Below are positions 31,660-40,714 of a stretch of DNA of 64,000 nt, piece after piece. The DNA lies in the NCBI GenBank assembly GCA_965216715.1, contig OZ244193.1, forward strand, positions 1,119,977 through 1,183,976, read 5' to 3'. The notes beneath the pieces were generated by a model. The model was not told where the DNA came from. It saw only the letters and a program-made list of their open reading frames with translations, and ran no database searches. Each line of letters begins with the position of its first letter. Positions within the stretch are counted from its first letter, which is position 1. This stretch comes from an uncultured Pseudohongiella sp. (GTDB taxonomy: Bacteria > Pseudomonadota > Gammaproteobacteria > Pseudomonadales > Pseudohongiellaceae). The position numbers and the translations under genes were made by a program.

Positions 31660-31684
31660 TTAATCGTCAATGCTAGGAATTAGA

Positions 31685-31719
31685 AGCTACTCCAGAGCTC
31701 TCTGGAGTAGCTTTTGTTT
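31685..31719 (+). terminator. Intrinsic terminator or attenuator after acpP
   Basis: A 12-bp stem AGCTACTCCAGA / TCTGGAGTAGCT has a GCTC loop and is followed by TTTTGTTT. Confidence 0.7.
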
Positions 31720-31754
31720 ATTTGGCTGTCTGCAATTGAACCAGGAGCGATGAA

Positions 31755-32996
31755 GTGAACAGTAGAAGAGTAGTTGTCACCGGTCTCGGTCTGATTACTC
31801 CACTGGGCAATGACGTCTCTTCCAGCTGGAATGCACTGAAGAACGGCGAAAGTGGTATCGGCCCGATCACCCATATGGATGTGAGTGATTTCAGTACCCG
31901 ATTTGGTGGCTCAATCAAGGATTTTGATTGTGACCAGTATCTGGCCCCCAAAGAAGCCCGTCGCATGGATATCTTCATGCGCTACGGCATCGCTGCCGGA
32001 GTGCAGGCCATCATGGATGCCGGTCTGGATGAAAATCTGGATCAGCCCGAACGGGCAGGTGTTGCCATCGGTTCGGGTATCGGTGGCATCACCGCCATCG
32101 AGGAGACCACTCGCCTGATCGGCGAATCCGGTCCCCGCAAGGTCTCGCCTTTCTTTGTACCCGGCTCAATCATCAACATGATTGCCGGCAATCTCTCGAT
32201 CCGCTTCGGATTCAAGGGCCCCAATATTGCAGTGACAACTGCCTGCACCACCGGCACCCACAATATTGGCCTGGCGGCCAATATGATCAGCAATGGTCAG
32301 GCCGATGTGATGCTGGCCGGCGGTGCCGAGATGGCCACTTCACCGGTGGGCCTGGGTGGTTTTTGCGCGGCCCGTGCACTGTCTACCCGCAATGATGATC
32401 CTGAACGTGCCAGCCGCCCCTGGGACAAGGACCGTGACGGCTTTGTACTCAGTGATGGCGCCGGCATTCTGGTGCTGGAAGAGTATGAGCGTGCCAGGGC
32501 CAGAGGGGCCACGATTTATGCCGAGCTGCTTGGCTTTGGTATGAGTGGTGATGCCTATCATATGACTTCACCACCGGAAGGGGGTGCCGGAGCTGCCCAG
32601 TGCATGAGCAATGCCCTGCAGAGCGCCGGTCTCAATCCGGACCAGGTGGACTATGTAAATGCTCATGGCACCTCTACCCAGGCGGGCGATATCGCCGAGA
32701 CCCAGGCCATCAAAACCGTCTTCGGCGACCATGCCAGGAGTCTGGCTGTCAGTTCCAGCAAGTCCATGATCGGCCACCTCCTGGGTGCCTCGGGTTCGGT
32801 GGAAGCCATCATCGCGGTACTCAGTCTGCGTGACCAGGTCATCACCCCAACCATCAATCTGGATCAGCCCGACGAAGGTTGCGATCTCGATTATGTGCCC
32901 CATACCGCCCGCGATCAGGCCCTGAATGTGGTGCTGAGCAACTCCTTCGGTTTTGGTGGCACCAATGGCAGTCTGATATTCGGCAAAGCGGACTGA
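31755..32996 (+). CDS. fabF: 3-oxoacyl-ACP synthase II
   Basis: 413 aa with a GTG start. It has the active-site Cys context [10 protein letters not shown] and the His-His motifs ([14 protein letters not shown]). Confidence 0.95.
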   Translation: MNSRRVVVTGLGLITPLGNDVSSSWNALKNGESGIGPITHMDVSDFSTRFGGSIKDFDCDQYLAPKEARRMDIFMRYGIAAGVQAIMDAGLDENLDQPERAGVAIGSGIGGITAIEETTRLIGESGPRKVSPFFVPGSIINMIAGNLSIRFGFKGPNIAVTTACTTGTHNIGLAANMISNGQADVMLAGGAEMATSPVGLGGFCAARALSTRNDDPERASRPWDKDRDGFVLSDGAGILVLEEYERARARGATIYAELLGFGMSGDAYHMTSPPEGGAGAAQCMSNALQSAGLNPDQVDYVNAHGTSTQAGDIAETQAIKTVFGDHARSLAVSSSKSMIGHLLGASGSVEAIIAVLSLRDQVITPTINLDQPDEGCDLDYVPHTARDQALNVVLSNSFGFGGTNGSLIFGKAD

Positions 32997-33085
32997 TTGC
33001 CGACTGCAGGCGCTGCCGTCCCTGCGCGGCTTGGTGCTAGAATGCCCTGACATCCAGGGGCCAGCACCGGGCCCGCAACGCCACA

Positions 33086-34141
33086 GTGCCTATGCCTGTT
33101 ATTGACAAACTCCGCCAATCGCCCCGTCTCGCTTTGCTGCTGGCAGCGACCTTGTTGCTACTGCTTGTGGGGCTCGCCGGATTGCGCATCATCAGCTCTA
33201 TCTATAGTCCCATGCAGGGGCTGGATGAGGAGCGCTTCTATCTGCTGGAGTCCGGCAGCAATCTGACCCGGGTGGCCGAGGATCTGGCCAGCGAAGGCTA
33301 TATTGACTATCCCGTCGCCCTGCGCCTGTTGGCACGCTGGCAGGGTGTTGCCGGCAATATCCAGGTGGGGGAATACCGCTTGCTGCCGGGCATGTCCGCC
33401 GCGGATCTGCTGACAGCTATGGTAGCCGGCGATACCGTGCAATACCGCCTGACTCTGGTGGAAGGCTGGACCTTCGATCAGGCACTGACCGCCATTCACG
33501 AGGCCCATCATATCAATCGCCAGTTAGCGGCCGGGATGGATGAAAGCCGGTTGCTGGAGCAGCTCGACCTGCAGAGCTTCGATGCTGATATCAACAGCGT
33601 TGAAGGCCTGCTGTTTCCGGACACCTATTTCTACACCCGCGGCACCACGGACATCGAACTTTTGCAGCGCGCTCACCAGCGCTTGCGGGAAGTACTGAAC
33701 AGCGCCTGGGAAGAACGGCTTGGCGCCTTGCCGCTGGATTCTCCCTATGAGGCGCTGATTCTGGCATCCATTATTGAGAAGGAATCGGCCGCCAGCAGTG
33801 AACGAGGCCATATTGCCGGTGTCTTTATCCGGCGGCTGGAGCAGGGCATGCGCCTGCAATCGGACCCCACGGTGATTTACGGACTGGGCAGCGATTTCGA
33901 TGGCGATCTGCGCCGTGCCGATCTGCAGCAATATACCGAGTTCAATACCTACCGTATCAACGGCCTGCCGCCGGCACCCATCGCTCTGGCAGGCGCCGAC
34001 TCTATCCGTGCAGCCCTGAATCCGCTACCCTCCGACTACCTGTATTTTGTATCCCGCGGTGATGGCAGCCATTATTTCTCCGCCACCCTCGAAGAACACA
34101 ATGCGGCAGTAAACCGCTTCCAGAGACAAACGAGTCAATAG
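33086..34141 (+). CDS. mltG: Endolytic murein transglycosylase MltG (YceG family)
   Basis: 351 aa, starting at the GTG at 33086 or the ATG at 33092. It has an N-terminal TM anchor and a YceG core (SIIEKE..., DPTVIYG, YNTY...GLPPAPI). Confidence 0.85.
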   Translation: MPMPVIDKLRQSPRLALLLAATLLLLLVGLAGLRIISSIYSPMQGLDEERFYLLESGSNLTRVAEDLASEGYIDYPVALRLLARWQGVAGNIQVGEYRLLPGMSAADLLTAMVAGDTVQYRLTLVEGWTFDQALTAIHEAHHINRQLAAGMDESRLLEQLDLQSFDADINSVEGLLFPDTYFYTRGTTDIELLQRAHQRLREVLNSAWEERLGALPLDSPYEALILASIIEKESAASSERGHIAGVFIRRLEQGMRLQSDPTVIYGLGSDFDGDLRRADLQQYTEFNTYRINGLPPAPIALAGADSIRAALNPLPSDYLYFVSRGDGSHYFSATLEEHNAAVNRFQRQTSQ

Positions 34142-34152
34142 GCTGACAAGGC

Positions 34153-34782
34153 ATGAAAGGAAAATTTATCACCATTGAAGGTGTGGAAGGGGTCGGTAAA
34201 AGTACCCAGATCGAATCTCTGCAGGAATTTCTGCGTCAACGTAATATCGACTTCGATCTCAGCAGAGAGCCAGGTGGAACATTTTATGCTGAAAAAATCC
34301 GCGAGGTTCTGCTGGAGATTAATGAAGAGAATCTGGATCCAAGGGCAGAGCTACTGCTGATCTTTGCTGCCAGAGCCCAGCATCTGAGCGAGCGCATTGT
34401 TCCGGCGCTTGATTCCGGTCAGTGGGTACTCTGCGATCGCTTTACCGATGCCACCTATGCCTACCAGGGCGGGGGCCGGGAACTGGGCAGCAGCATGGTT
34501 GAACAGCTGGAGACCCTGGTGCAGGGAACCTTGCGTCCGGATCTCACCATCATTCTTGATCTGGATCCCGAAATCGGCCTGGAGCGGGCCCGGGACCGGG
34601 CTGATCTGGATCGCTTTGAGCGGGAAGAACTGGAATTTTTCAAGCGAGTGCGGGGTGTCTACCTGCAAAGGGCAAAGGAATTTCCCCAGCGCTATCTGGT
34701 AATTGACGCCGCTGGCAATATCGAATCGGTGCGGGACAAATTACTGAGCGGCTTCGCCGCCTGGATCGACGCCAATGTCTGA
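34153..34782 (+). CDS. tmk: dTMP kinase
   Basis: 209 aa. FITIEGVEGVGKSTQ is the P-loop. Confidence 0.95.
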   Translation: MKGKFITIEGVEGVGKSTQIESLQEFLRQRNIDFDLSREPGGTFYAEKIREVLLEINEENLDPRAELLLIFAARAQHLSERIVPALDSGQWVLCDRFTDATYAYQGGGRELGSSMVEQLETLVQGTLRPDLTIILDLDPEIGLERARDRADLDRFEREELEFFKRVRGVYLQRAKEFPQRYLVIDAAGNIESVRDKLLSGFAAWIDANV

Positions 34783-35812
34783 CAAAGAGCTGGACCTGCA
34801 ATTACCGGCACCTCCCTATCCCTGGCAGGAAAAACTCTGGGCCAGTCTGGCCGAGCGCCTTGCCGGGGGCAAGCTTGCCCATGCTTTCCTGCTTAGCGGT
34901 GCGGCGGGTATTGGCAAATTTGAATTTCTGCGTCAGTTTGCGCGACTGATACTTTGTCTGCAGCCGGAAGACAGCAAGCCCTGTGGCCATTGTCATAATT
35001 GCCAGCTCGGCAGTCACTCCGAACATCCTGATGTCATGATCGTGGCGCCGGAAGAGGGTGCCCGTGACATCAGCATCAGTCAGATTCGTGACCTGGGTGA
35101 TTTTGTCAGTCACACCAGTCACAGCGGCCTGGCAAAAGTGGTCATCATCAATCAGGCCCACCGCATGAACATTGCCTCGGCCAATGCCTTGTTGAAAACC
35201 CTGGAAGAGCCGAGCCAGAAAACCTGGCTGTTTCTGAGTACCGACCTGCCGGGCTATCTGTTGGCCACAATCCGCAGTCGCTGTCAGCGTATCAGCATGG
35301 CCGTACCCAGCCTGGAAATCACCGCCCGCTGGCTGAGCCAGTTTCTCGGCCCCGATGAGGATGCCACCGCCTTGCTGGCGGCCACCGGCTGTCGGCCCAT
35401 GCAGGCAATCGAGCTGGCTGCCAGTGGCAGTCTTCAGGAAAGGCATCATTTTGTTGCCAGCCTACTGCAAAGCTATGCCAACCCGGAAGCGGCTGACAAG
35501 CTGGTGAATCAGGCGCTCAAGATTGGTCCTTTGACCGCAATTGAGTATTTGAGTCATTGTTCGTCTACACTGATTAAAGAGCTGGCCAGAGATGGTAGCA
35601 ACAGCCAGGCAGATGAGATGACCCGTGGCGCTGCCCAGCGCTTGCGTGATTTTGATGCCGCCAGGGTGCTCAAACTGCTGGCAGGGATTTATCAGGAAAG
35701 CCTGCAGGCACGCAAGCAATTGCTGTCCAGCGCCAATCCCATGCCTCAGTTGATTCTGGAATCAGTGTTCTGGCACTGGGTGCAACTTGGCCGTCGCCTC
35801 CAGAATCACTGA
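34775..35812 (+). CDS. holB: DNA polymerase III delta' subunit
   Basis: 345 aa, overlapping tmk by 8 nt. HAFLLSGAAGIGK, the zinc module CGHCHNCQL, and SRCQ are present. Confidence 0.85.
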   Translation: MSDKELDLQLPAPPYPWQEKLWASLAERLAGGKLAHAFLLSGAAGIGKFEFLRQFARLILCLQPEDSKPCGHCHNCQLGSHSEHPDVMIVAPEEGARDISISQIRDLGDFVSHTSHSGLAKVVIINQAHRMNIASANALLKTLEEPSQKTWLFLSTDLPGYLLATIRSRCQRISMAVPSLEITARWLSQFLGPDEDATALLAATGCRPMQAIELAASGSLQERHHFVASLLQSYANPEAADKLVNQALKIGPLTAIEYLSHCSSTLIKELARDGSNSQADEMTRGAAQRLRDFDAARVLKLLAGIYQESLQARKQLLSSANPMPQLILESVFWHWVQLGRRLQNH

Positions 35813-35908
35813 AAGCGCCAGCCTCTGGAGCCACAGGCTCAGCCAGCGATTTCTTTCGACCGGGGTGGCTCACCTCAATCCTGGCCGATGCTTTGCCAAA
35901 GGATTCCC

Positions 35909-36358
35909 ATGCACACAGCGACAACAAACCCTGCAAGGGATAAACTGCCTGCAGCGCATGAGGTGCCTGCAGCTGGTAAAGAACCAGGCAACAATCCCGA
36001 CAAGCGCATACTGCTGAGCCTCAACATCGACTCCGTGAACACGCTGCAACAGGCCTTTGTTCCCATCATTGAAGGCGGCGGTCTGTTTATCCCCGACCAA
36101 CAAGCCGGCATTCAATCGGCCTCCGTCGACCTGGGAAGCCAGGTATTCCTGTTACTGCGTATTCGTAATCCGGATTACCAGGACGCCCTCACAGGCCGGG
36201 TGGTCTGGTTGAAACCCCCGAACAGTTCTGGCGGCAAGAGCCACGGAGGCGGATTTGCCCTGCAGTTTCCCGAAGCCGGCGATCGCTTGCGACAGTTGCT
36301 GGACAACCAGAGCCTGAGTGGCAAGGAAGAGCCAGGGACGCTGGCCATTTTTGCATAG
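35909..36358 (+). CDS. pilZ: PilZ-domain protein (type IV pilus assembly PilZ-like)
   Basis: ORF 35888..36358, with the ATG at 35909. The core LSLNIDSVNTLQQAFVPIIEGGGLFIP...GRVVWLKP resembles the PilZ found after holB in pseudomonads (from memory). Confidence 0.7.
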   Translation: MHTATTNPARDKLPAAHEVPAAGKEPGNNPDKRILLSLNIDSVNTLQQAFVPIIEGGGLFIPDQQAGIQSASVDLGSQVFLLLRIRNPDYQDALTGRVVWLKPPNSSGGKSHGGGFALQFPEAGDRLRQLLDNQSLSGKEEPGTLAIFA

Positions 36359-36407
36359 CCATCCGGAGCTTGCCTGGCTTGTCACAGCAGCTCAGCTCAA
36401 CACTGAT

Positions 36408-37559
36408 TCAGAGACTGAGTCGACGCTCAACTTCTTCCGCCAGGGCGAGACTGGACGTGAGCCCGGGTGACTCAATGCCAAGCAGGTGAATCACTGATCC
36501 CGGCTCATCACCATGTTCACTCAGCAGCATGAAATCCGCCGCCGGATCCTGTGGCCCGGCCAGCTTGGGGCGAATGCCGGCGTAGGAAGGCTGTAATTCT
36601 TCCGCCTTGATCGGGGGCAGATAACGCTGAATGGCACGGGCAAATTGCGCCGCCTTTTGCTGGCTCTGATCTTCGGCAAAACCGTAATCGATATCATCCC
36701 GGTAATGGGCATCAGGCCCAAAGCGAAGCTGGCCAGCCAGATCCAGGGTGGCATGAATGCCCAGCCCCCGGGTATTGGTTTCCGGCAATGGATAAACCAG
36801 ATGCTTGAGTCTTAACGGGCCGTGGTAGCTGAAATAGTCGCCGCGACAATAATACAGCCTTGGCACTGCCGGGTGATCCGTCAGCTGCTGCGCCACTTGT
36901 CCGGCAATGTCATTGGCCCAGAGTCCGGCACAGTTAATCACTGTCCGGGTTTTGAAAGCATACTGCTCTGCATCGCCACCGTGACCGATGCGGCAGTGCA
37001 TCCGGTAGTCCCCGGCACCGGCTTCGATCTGTTCCACGCGGGTATGGGGCGCATAAATGAGGCCGGCCTGCTGGGCTTCCTGCAGCAGCCTTAGCATCAA
37101 TTCATGACTGTCGATGATGCCGGAAGAGGGTGAGAGCAGGGCGGCACTGCCCCGAAGCTCCGACTCCAGTGCCTGTAGCGCTTTGCTGTCCAGCCACTGC
37201 AAATCCGTCACAGCATTGGCCTCGGCCCTTTGCTGCAGAGCAGCCAGCGCGTCCTCTTCACCGCTTTGCGCCACAATCAGTTTGCCGGTGCGCCGGTGGG
37301 CAATTTCCCGCTGCTGGCAGTAATCATAGAGCAGGGTTTTGCCACGCAGGCAAAAACGGGCCTTGTGACTGTCCGCTGGGTAGTACAGGCCGGCATGAAT
37401 CACTTCACTGTTACGGCTGCTGCAATGCTGGCCCAGGCTCGCTTCCTGCTCCAGCAAGACAATACTGGCCTGGCGAAAGGCGGCTGAACGGCTCAGTTGC
37501 CGTGCTACCGCCAGGCCAATGACCCCGGCACCGATAATGCAGATATCAAAGCGATCCAT
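36408..37559 (-). CDS. FAD-dependent oxidoreductase, L-2-hydroxyglutarate oxidase/dehydrogenase-like (COG0579/DAO family)
   Basis: 383 aa. It has the N-terminal dinucleotide fold [29 protein letters not shown] and the C-terminal GIESPGLTSS resemble LhgO/L2HGDH-type enzymes. Substrate is not established. Confidence 0.7.
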   Translation of the reverse strand: MDRFDICIIGAGVIGLAVARQLSRSAAFRQASIVLLEQEASLGQHCSSRNSEVIHAGLYYPADSHKARFCLRGKTLLYDYCQQREIAHRRTGKLIVAQSGEEDALAALQQRAEANAVTDLQWLDSKALQALESELRGSAALLSPSSGIIDSHELMLRLLQEAQQAGLIYAPHTRVEQIEAGAGDYRMHCRIGHGGDAEQYAFKTRTVINCAGLWANDIAGQVAQQLTDHPAVPRLYYCRGDYFSYHGPLRLKHLVYPLPETNTRGLGIHATLDLAGQLRFGPDAHYRDDIDYGFAEDQSQQKAAQFARAIQRYLPPIKAEELQPSYAGIRPKLAGPQDPAADFMLLSEHGDEPGSVIHLLGIESPGLTSSLALAEEVERRLSL

Positions 37560-37604
37560 GGTCAGTTTAATTCCAGGCCATTGCAGGATTGTTGCAGGCT
37601 TTGA

Positions 37605-38228
37605 TCACTTTTTGAGCAATTGCCGAAAAGTCACGTTCAGCCGCGGCTTCTCCAGACCTTTGACCTTAGGTAGTTCATGCAACCAATTGTTTTGTATACC
37701 TTCTCCCATAAGCAACAGCGAGCCATGGCGGAGCAACAATCGCTGCCGCTCAGGTCTTTCACTGGCTTTGGGGCGCAACCGAAAAGGGCGCTCGGCCCCC
37801 AGACTGAGGGAGGCAATGACCGGTTCCGGCCCCAGTTCCGGCTCATCATCGGCATGCCAGGCCACGCTGTCCTGGCCATTGCGGTAGTAATTGAGCAACA
37901 CGGAATTGAACTGCCTGCCGGTAACAGACTCGATTTGCTGTTTCAGGGCCAACACTGGCGGGTACCAGGCAAGGGCTTTGAGCCGCAGTCCGGAGTAGCT
38001 GTAGTCCGCATCACCCATCCAGCATTGCAGTCTGGGCACTGGTAGTAGCCGACCGGCGATGCGGATCTGGTCCTGTTGCCAGGGAATGGATTCCAGCAAA
38101 TCCGCCAGCAGACTGCCGGCTTCTGCCTCGCTCAGAAAACAGGGATATTCGCGAATCCAGCCGTCACCCAGCTCATGGGTTTCGAAATCATGTGGATCTG
38201 ACTGATTTGTAAAGAGATTGGCTTGCAT
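37605..38228 (-). CDS. alkB: AlkB-family Fe(II)/2-oxoglutarate-dependent dioxygenase (ALKBH2/3-like)
   Basis: ORF 37605..38291. The ATG at 38228 (MQANLF) is preferred; starts at 38261 or 38291 are possible. The HxD motif WHADDE, a distal His in WLHELPK, and RLNVTFR are present. Confidence 0.75.
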   Translation of the reverse strand: MQANLFTNQSDPHDFETHELGDGWIREYPCFLSEAEAGSLLADLLESIPWQQDQIRIAGRLLPVPRLQCWMGDADYSYSGLRLKALAWYPPVLALKQQIESVTGRQFNSVLLNYYRNGQDSVAWHADDEPELGPEPVIASLSLGAERPFRLRPKASERPERQRLLLRHGSLLLMGEGIQNNWLHELPKVKGLEKPRLNVTFRQLLKK

Positions 38229-38290
38229 TGAGCGGTGTTTCAGAGCCCCGGTCTGAGGCATAATGCGGGCTCGATTGCACAGCGTCCACA

Positions 38291-39682
38291 ATGGACAGCA
38301 TCAGGAAAGGATACAGGAAATTGCCAGCATTTGATTATGATTTTTTCGTTATTGGCGCCGGTTCCGGGGGCGTTCGCGCCAGTCGCATTGCCGCCTCACT
38401 GGGAGCTCGAGTAGGCGTTGCCGAGGAACGCTATTTCGGGGGTACCTGCGTCAATGTGGGCTGCGTGCCCAAAAAACTGTTTTCCTATGCCGCCCATTTT
38501 GCCGATGACTTCGAGGACAGTCGTGGCTTTGGCTGGCAGGCCAGCAGACCGCCCTTCGACTGGCCCACTTTAATCAAGAATAAAGATACTGAAATCAAGC
38601 GTTTAAATGGCATTTATAAATCCTTGCTTGATAAAGCAGGGGTCACCATCCATGAATGCCGCGCGCGCCTGCTGGATGCCCATACCATCGATCTCGGCGA
38701 GCAGACCGTCACCGCCGACAAGATCCTGCTGGCGGTGGGTAGCTGGCCCTGGCTGCCGGATATTCCTGGTCGCGAACATGTACTCAGCTCCAATGAGATC
38801 TTCCATTTGCAGCAACTGCCGGAATCCATCCTGATCCAGGGCGGTGGCTATATTGCCGTGGAATTCGCCAGTATTTTCAGCCGCCTGGGCTGTGAAACCA
38901 CCCTTATCTACCGTGGCGACCGCCTGCTACGGGGTTTTGACGACGATGTCAGGCAGTTCATCACAGTCCAGTTTCAGCATGATGTGAACCTGATTCTCAA
39001 TGATGACATCAAGGAAATAAGCAAGAATGACAGGGGCTTACAGGTAGTTCTTGATTCTGGCAATGAACTTGAGGTGGAAACCGTCATGGCGGCCACCGGG
39101 CGGACGCCGCTGACGGCAGATCTGGGCCTGGACAAGGTTGCGGTAGAGCTTGGCAGCAATGATGCCATCAAGGTTAACGAGCAGTTTCAGACCCATGAGC
39201 CATCCATTTACGCCGTGGGTGATGTGATTGACCGGATGGCACTTACGCCAGTTGCACTTGCTGAAGGAGAATTCGTCGCCAGGTCTCTGTTTTCAAACGA
39301 AAAACATCGACCCATGGACTACCGGAATATCGCCACCGCCGTGTTCTGTCATCCCAATATCGCTACCGTGGGCCTGACCGAGGCAGAAGCCCTGGCAGCC
39401 GGGCACAAGCTGGATATTTACCAGGCTACCAGCAAGCCACTGAAACATACTCTCAGTGGCCGCGATGAGCCGGCATTCATCAAGCTGGTGGTGGATCAGG
39501 ACAGCGACAAGGTTCTGGGTGTCCATATCGTGTCCCAGGACGCCGGTGAACTGGTGCAGGGCTTCGCGGTAGCGCTTAACTGCGGTGCCACCAAGACTGA
39601 CTTTGACCGCACTATAGGTATTCATCCTACGCTGGCTGAGGAAGTAGTGACCATGCGCAGCAAGCGCGAGGTTAAAAGCTGA
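38291..39682 (+). CDS. gor: Glutathione-disulfide reductase
   Basis: 463 aa. Has GAGSGGVRA, the redox motif GGTCVNVGCVPKK, and a C-terminal HPTLAEE. A TTG start 30 nt downstream is also possible. Confidence 0.9.
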   Translation: MDSIRKGYRKLPAFDYDFFVIGAGSGGVRASRIAASLGARVGVAEERYFGGTCVNVGCVPKKLFSYAAHFADDFEDSRGFGWQASRPPFDWPTLIKNKDTEIKRLNGIYKSLLDKAGVTIHECRARLLDAHTIDLGEQTVTADKILLAVGSWPWLPDIPGREHVLSSNEIFHLQQLPESILIQGGGYIAVEFASIFSRLGCETTLIYRGDRLLRGFDDDVRQFITVQFQHDVNLILNDDIKEISKNDRGLQVVLDSGNELEVETVMAATGRTPLTADLGLDKVAVELGSNDAIKVNEQFQTHEPSIYAVGDVIDRMALTPVALAEGEFVARSLFSNEKHRPMDYRNIATAVFCHPNIATVGLTEAEALAAGHKLDIYQATSKPLKHTLSGRDEPAFIKLVVDQDSDKVLGVHIVSQDAGELVQGFAVALNCGATKTDFDRTIGIHPTLAEEVVTMRSKREVKS

Positions 39683-39839
39683 TAAGCCAGGCAGGCAGCC
39701 AGGCTGACTGATAGCCGCTGCCAGTCATAGCGCTTGCAGCGGTCAAAGTAGAGCGTTTCTGGCAAAAAGCGCTAACTGGTTGATCTGGCTTGGTTTTGCT
39801 GGATATACGCTGAAGACCCCATAAATCCATCCATTCCGC

Positions 39840-39869
39840 TATTTCCGGTAATAAAGATTACCGGAAATA
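39840..39869. repeat. Perfect 30-bp palindrome TATTTCCGGTAAT-AAAG-ATTACCGGAAATA
   Basis: 13-bp arms are read directly from the sequence. It can also be read as 11-bp arms around an 8-bp centre. No U-run follows, so it is not a classic terminator. Confidence 0.6.
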
Positions 39870-40400
39870 ACATAATAACTGTGCACGGCCCCATTCCTGG
39901 CTAATGCTGTAAGGCTCAATTTGCGCGATGGCATTAATAACGGCTATTCGTCACACCCAGTCCCATTGTCCCCAAGCCGCCGGTAATGCCTTGATCGCAA
40001 TCGTCTGACTACAACTGGGTAGGGACTGCGCCGTATCACCCTGCCGGCTGCCTTTCATGGTGATCAAGCAGGAGCTGATCTTGAGGTGCCAGATAAGGGT
40101 CTGGCTCACGATCAGGACAACCGCCACAAGCTCCTCAGTGAATATGGTCTGCGCAGAGACAGTCCCGCACTATTCCTCACACCCTGACTGCAGCCAGCTT
40201 AGGTAAAGATATCCCTGGTCAGCGCCAGGCGCCTCAAGCAAGCCTGGCTCAACGGGCCCGCTCGCAGTGCCGCCAATCAAGCCAATCTCTGGGTGCTATC
40301 AGGCAGCCATTCCTGGATCGTACCGCGCCGTGCATCAGCTGCTGGTCACTGCATCCTCAAACACATCATGAACTTCAGGTATAGTCATAATAAAAACTGA

Positions 40401-40438
40401 TATCTATATGATTTAATTATCTATATATAGTTTATCTA
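40401..40438. repeat. AT-rich block with three direct TATCTA(TAT) repeats
   Basis: TATCTATAT occurs at 40401 and 40418, and TATCTA at 40433, inside a roughly 60-bp AT-rich island (40381-40441). Function unknown. Confidence 0.4.
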
Positions 40439-40665
40439 AAAGCTGGAGAGCATAGCTTTAAGCCTCAAACAGGGGGCCTGGCCAGCGACCCGGTCATGGA
40501 CAGGCGATCAGCCCGGCAGGCCCGAAGCCAGTGTTTACGTGCCCTGAGCGCCATATATCAACCTTGGGCAGCAGGAATAAAACAGTGGTAAAGATAACTC
40601 TCAATTGACCGAAATATTTACTAAGGCCCTGCTTCAGGTCGCCATCCAGGCGCACTAGAATCTGC

Positions 40666-40685
40666 CCGGTAAAAATTATTTTACC
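40666..40685. promoter_or_regulatory. Imperfect palindrome CCGGTAAAA-ATTA-TTTTACCtc, 30 bp upstream of the recombinase start
   Basis: It shares the CCGGTAA half-site with the 39840 palindrome. It lies just downstream of a TAGAAT hexamer (40656-40661). Confidence 0.4.
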
Positions 40686-40714
40686 TCAGGTCAGATAGTT
40701 GTATTCTAAACTTC

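Noticed and set aside
39683-40714. Integrase-adjacent tmRNA, RNase P RNA, 6S RNA or a tRNA as the integration target; also small excisionase-type ORFs
   Set aside because: No tRNA-like acceptor/T-arm, no tmRNA tag-reading frame or 3' tRNA-like end, and no other known ncRNA signature was recognisable. The only ATG ORFs are 30-57 codons long, lack ribosome-binding sites and have no helix-turn-helix-like sequence.
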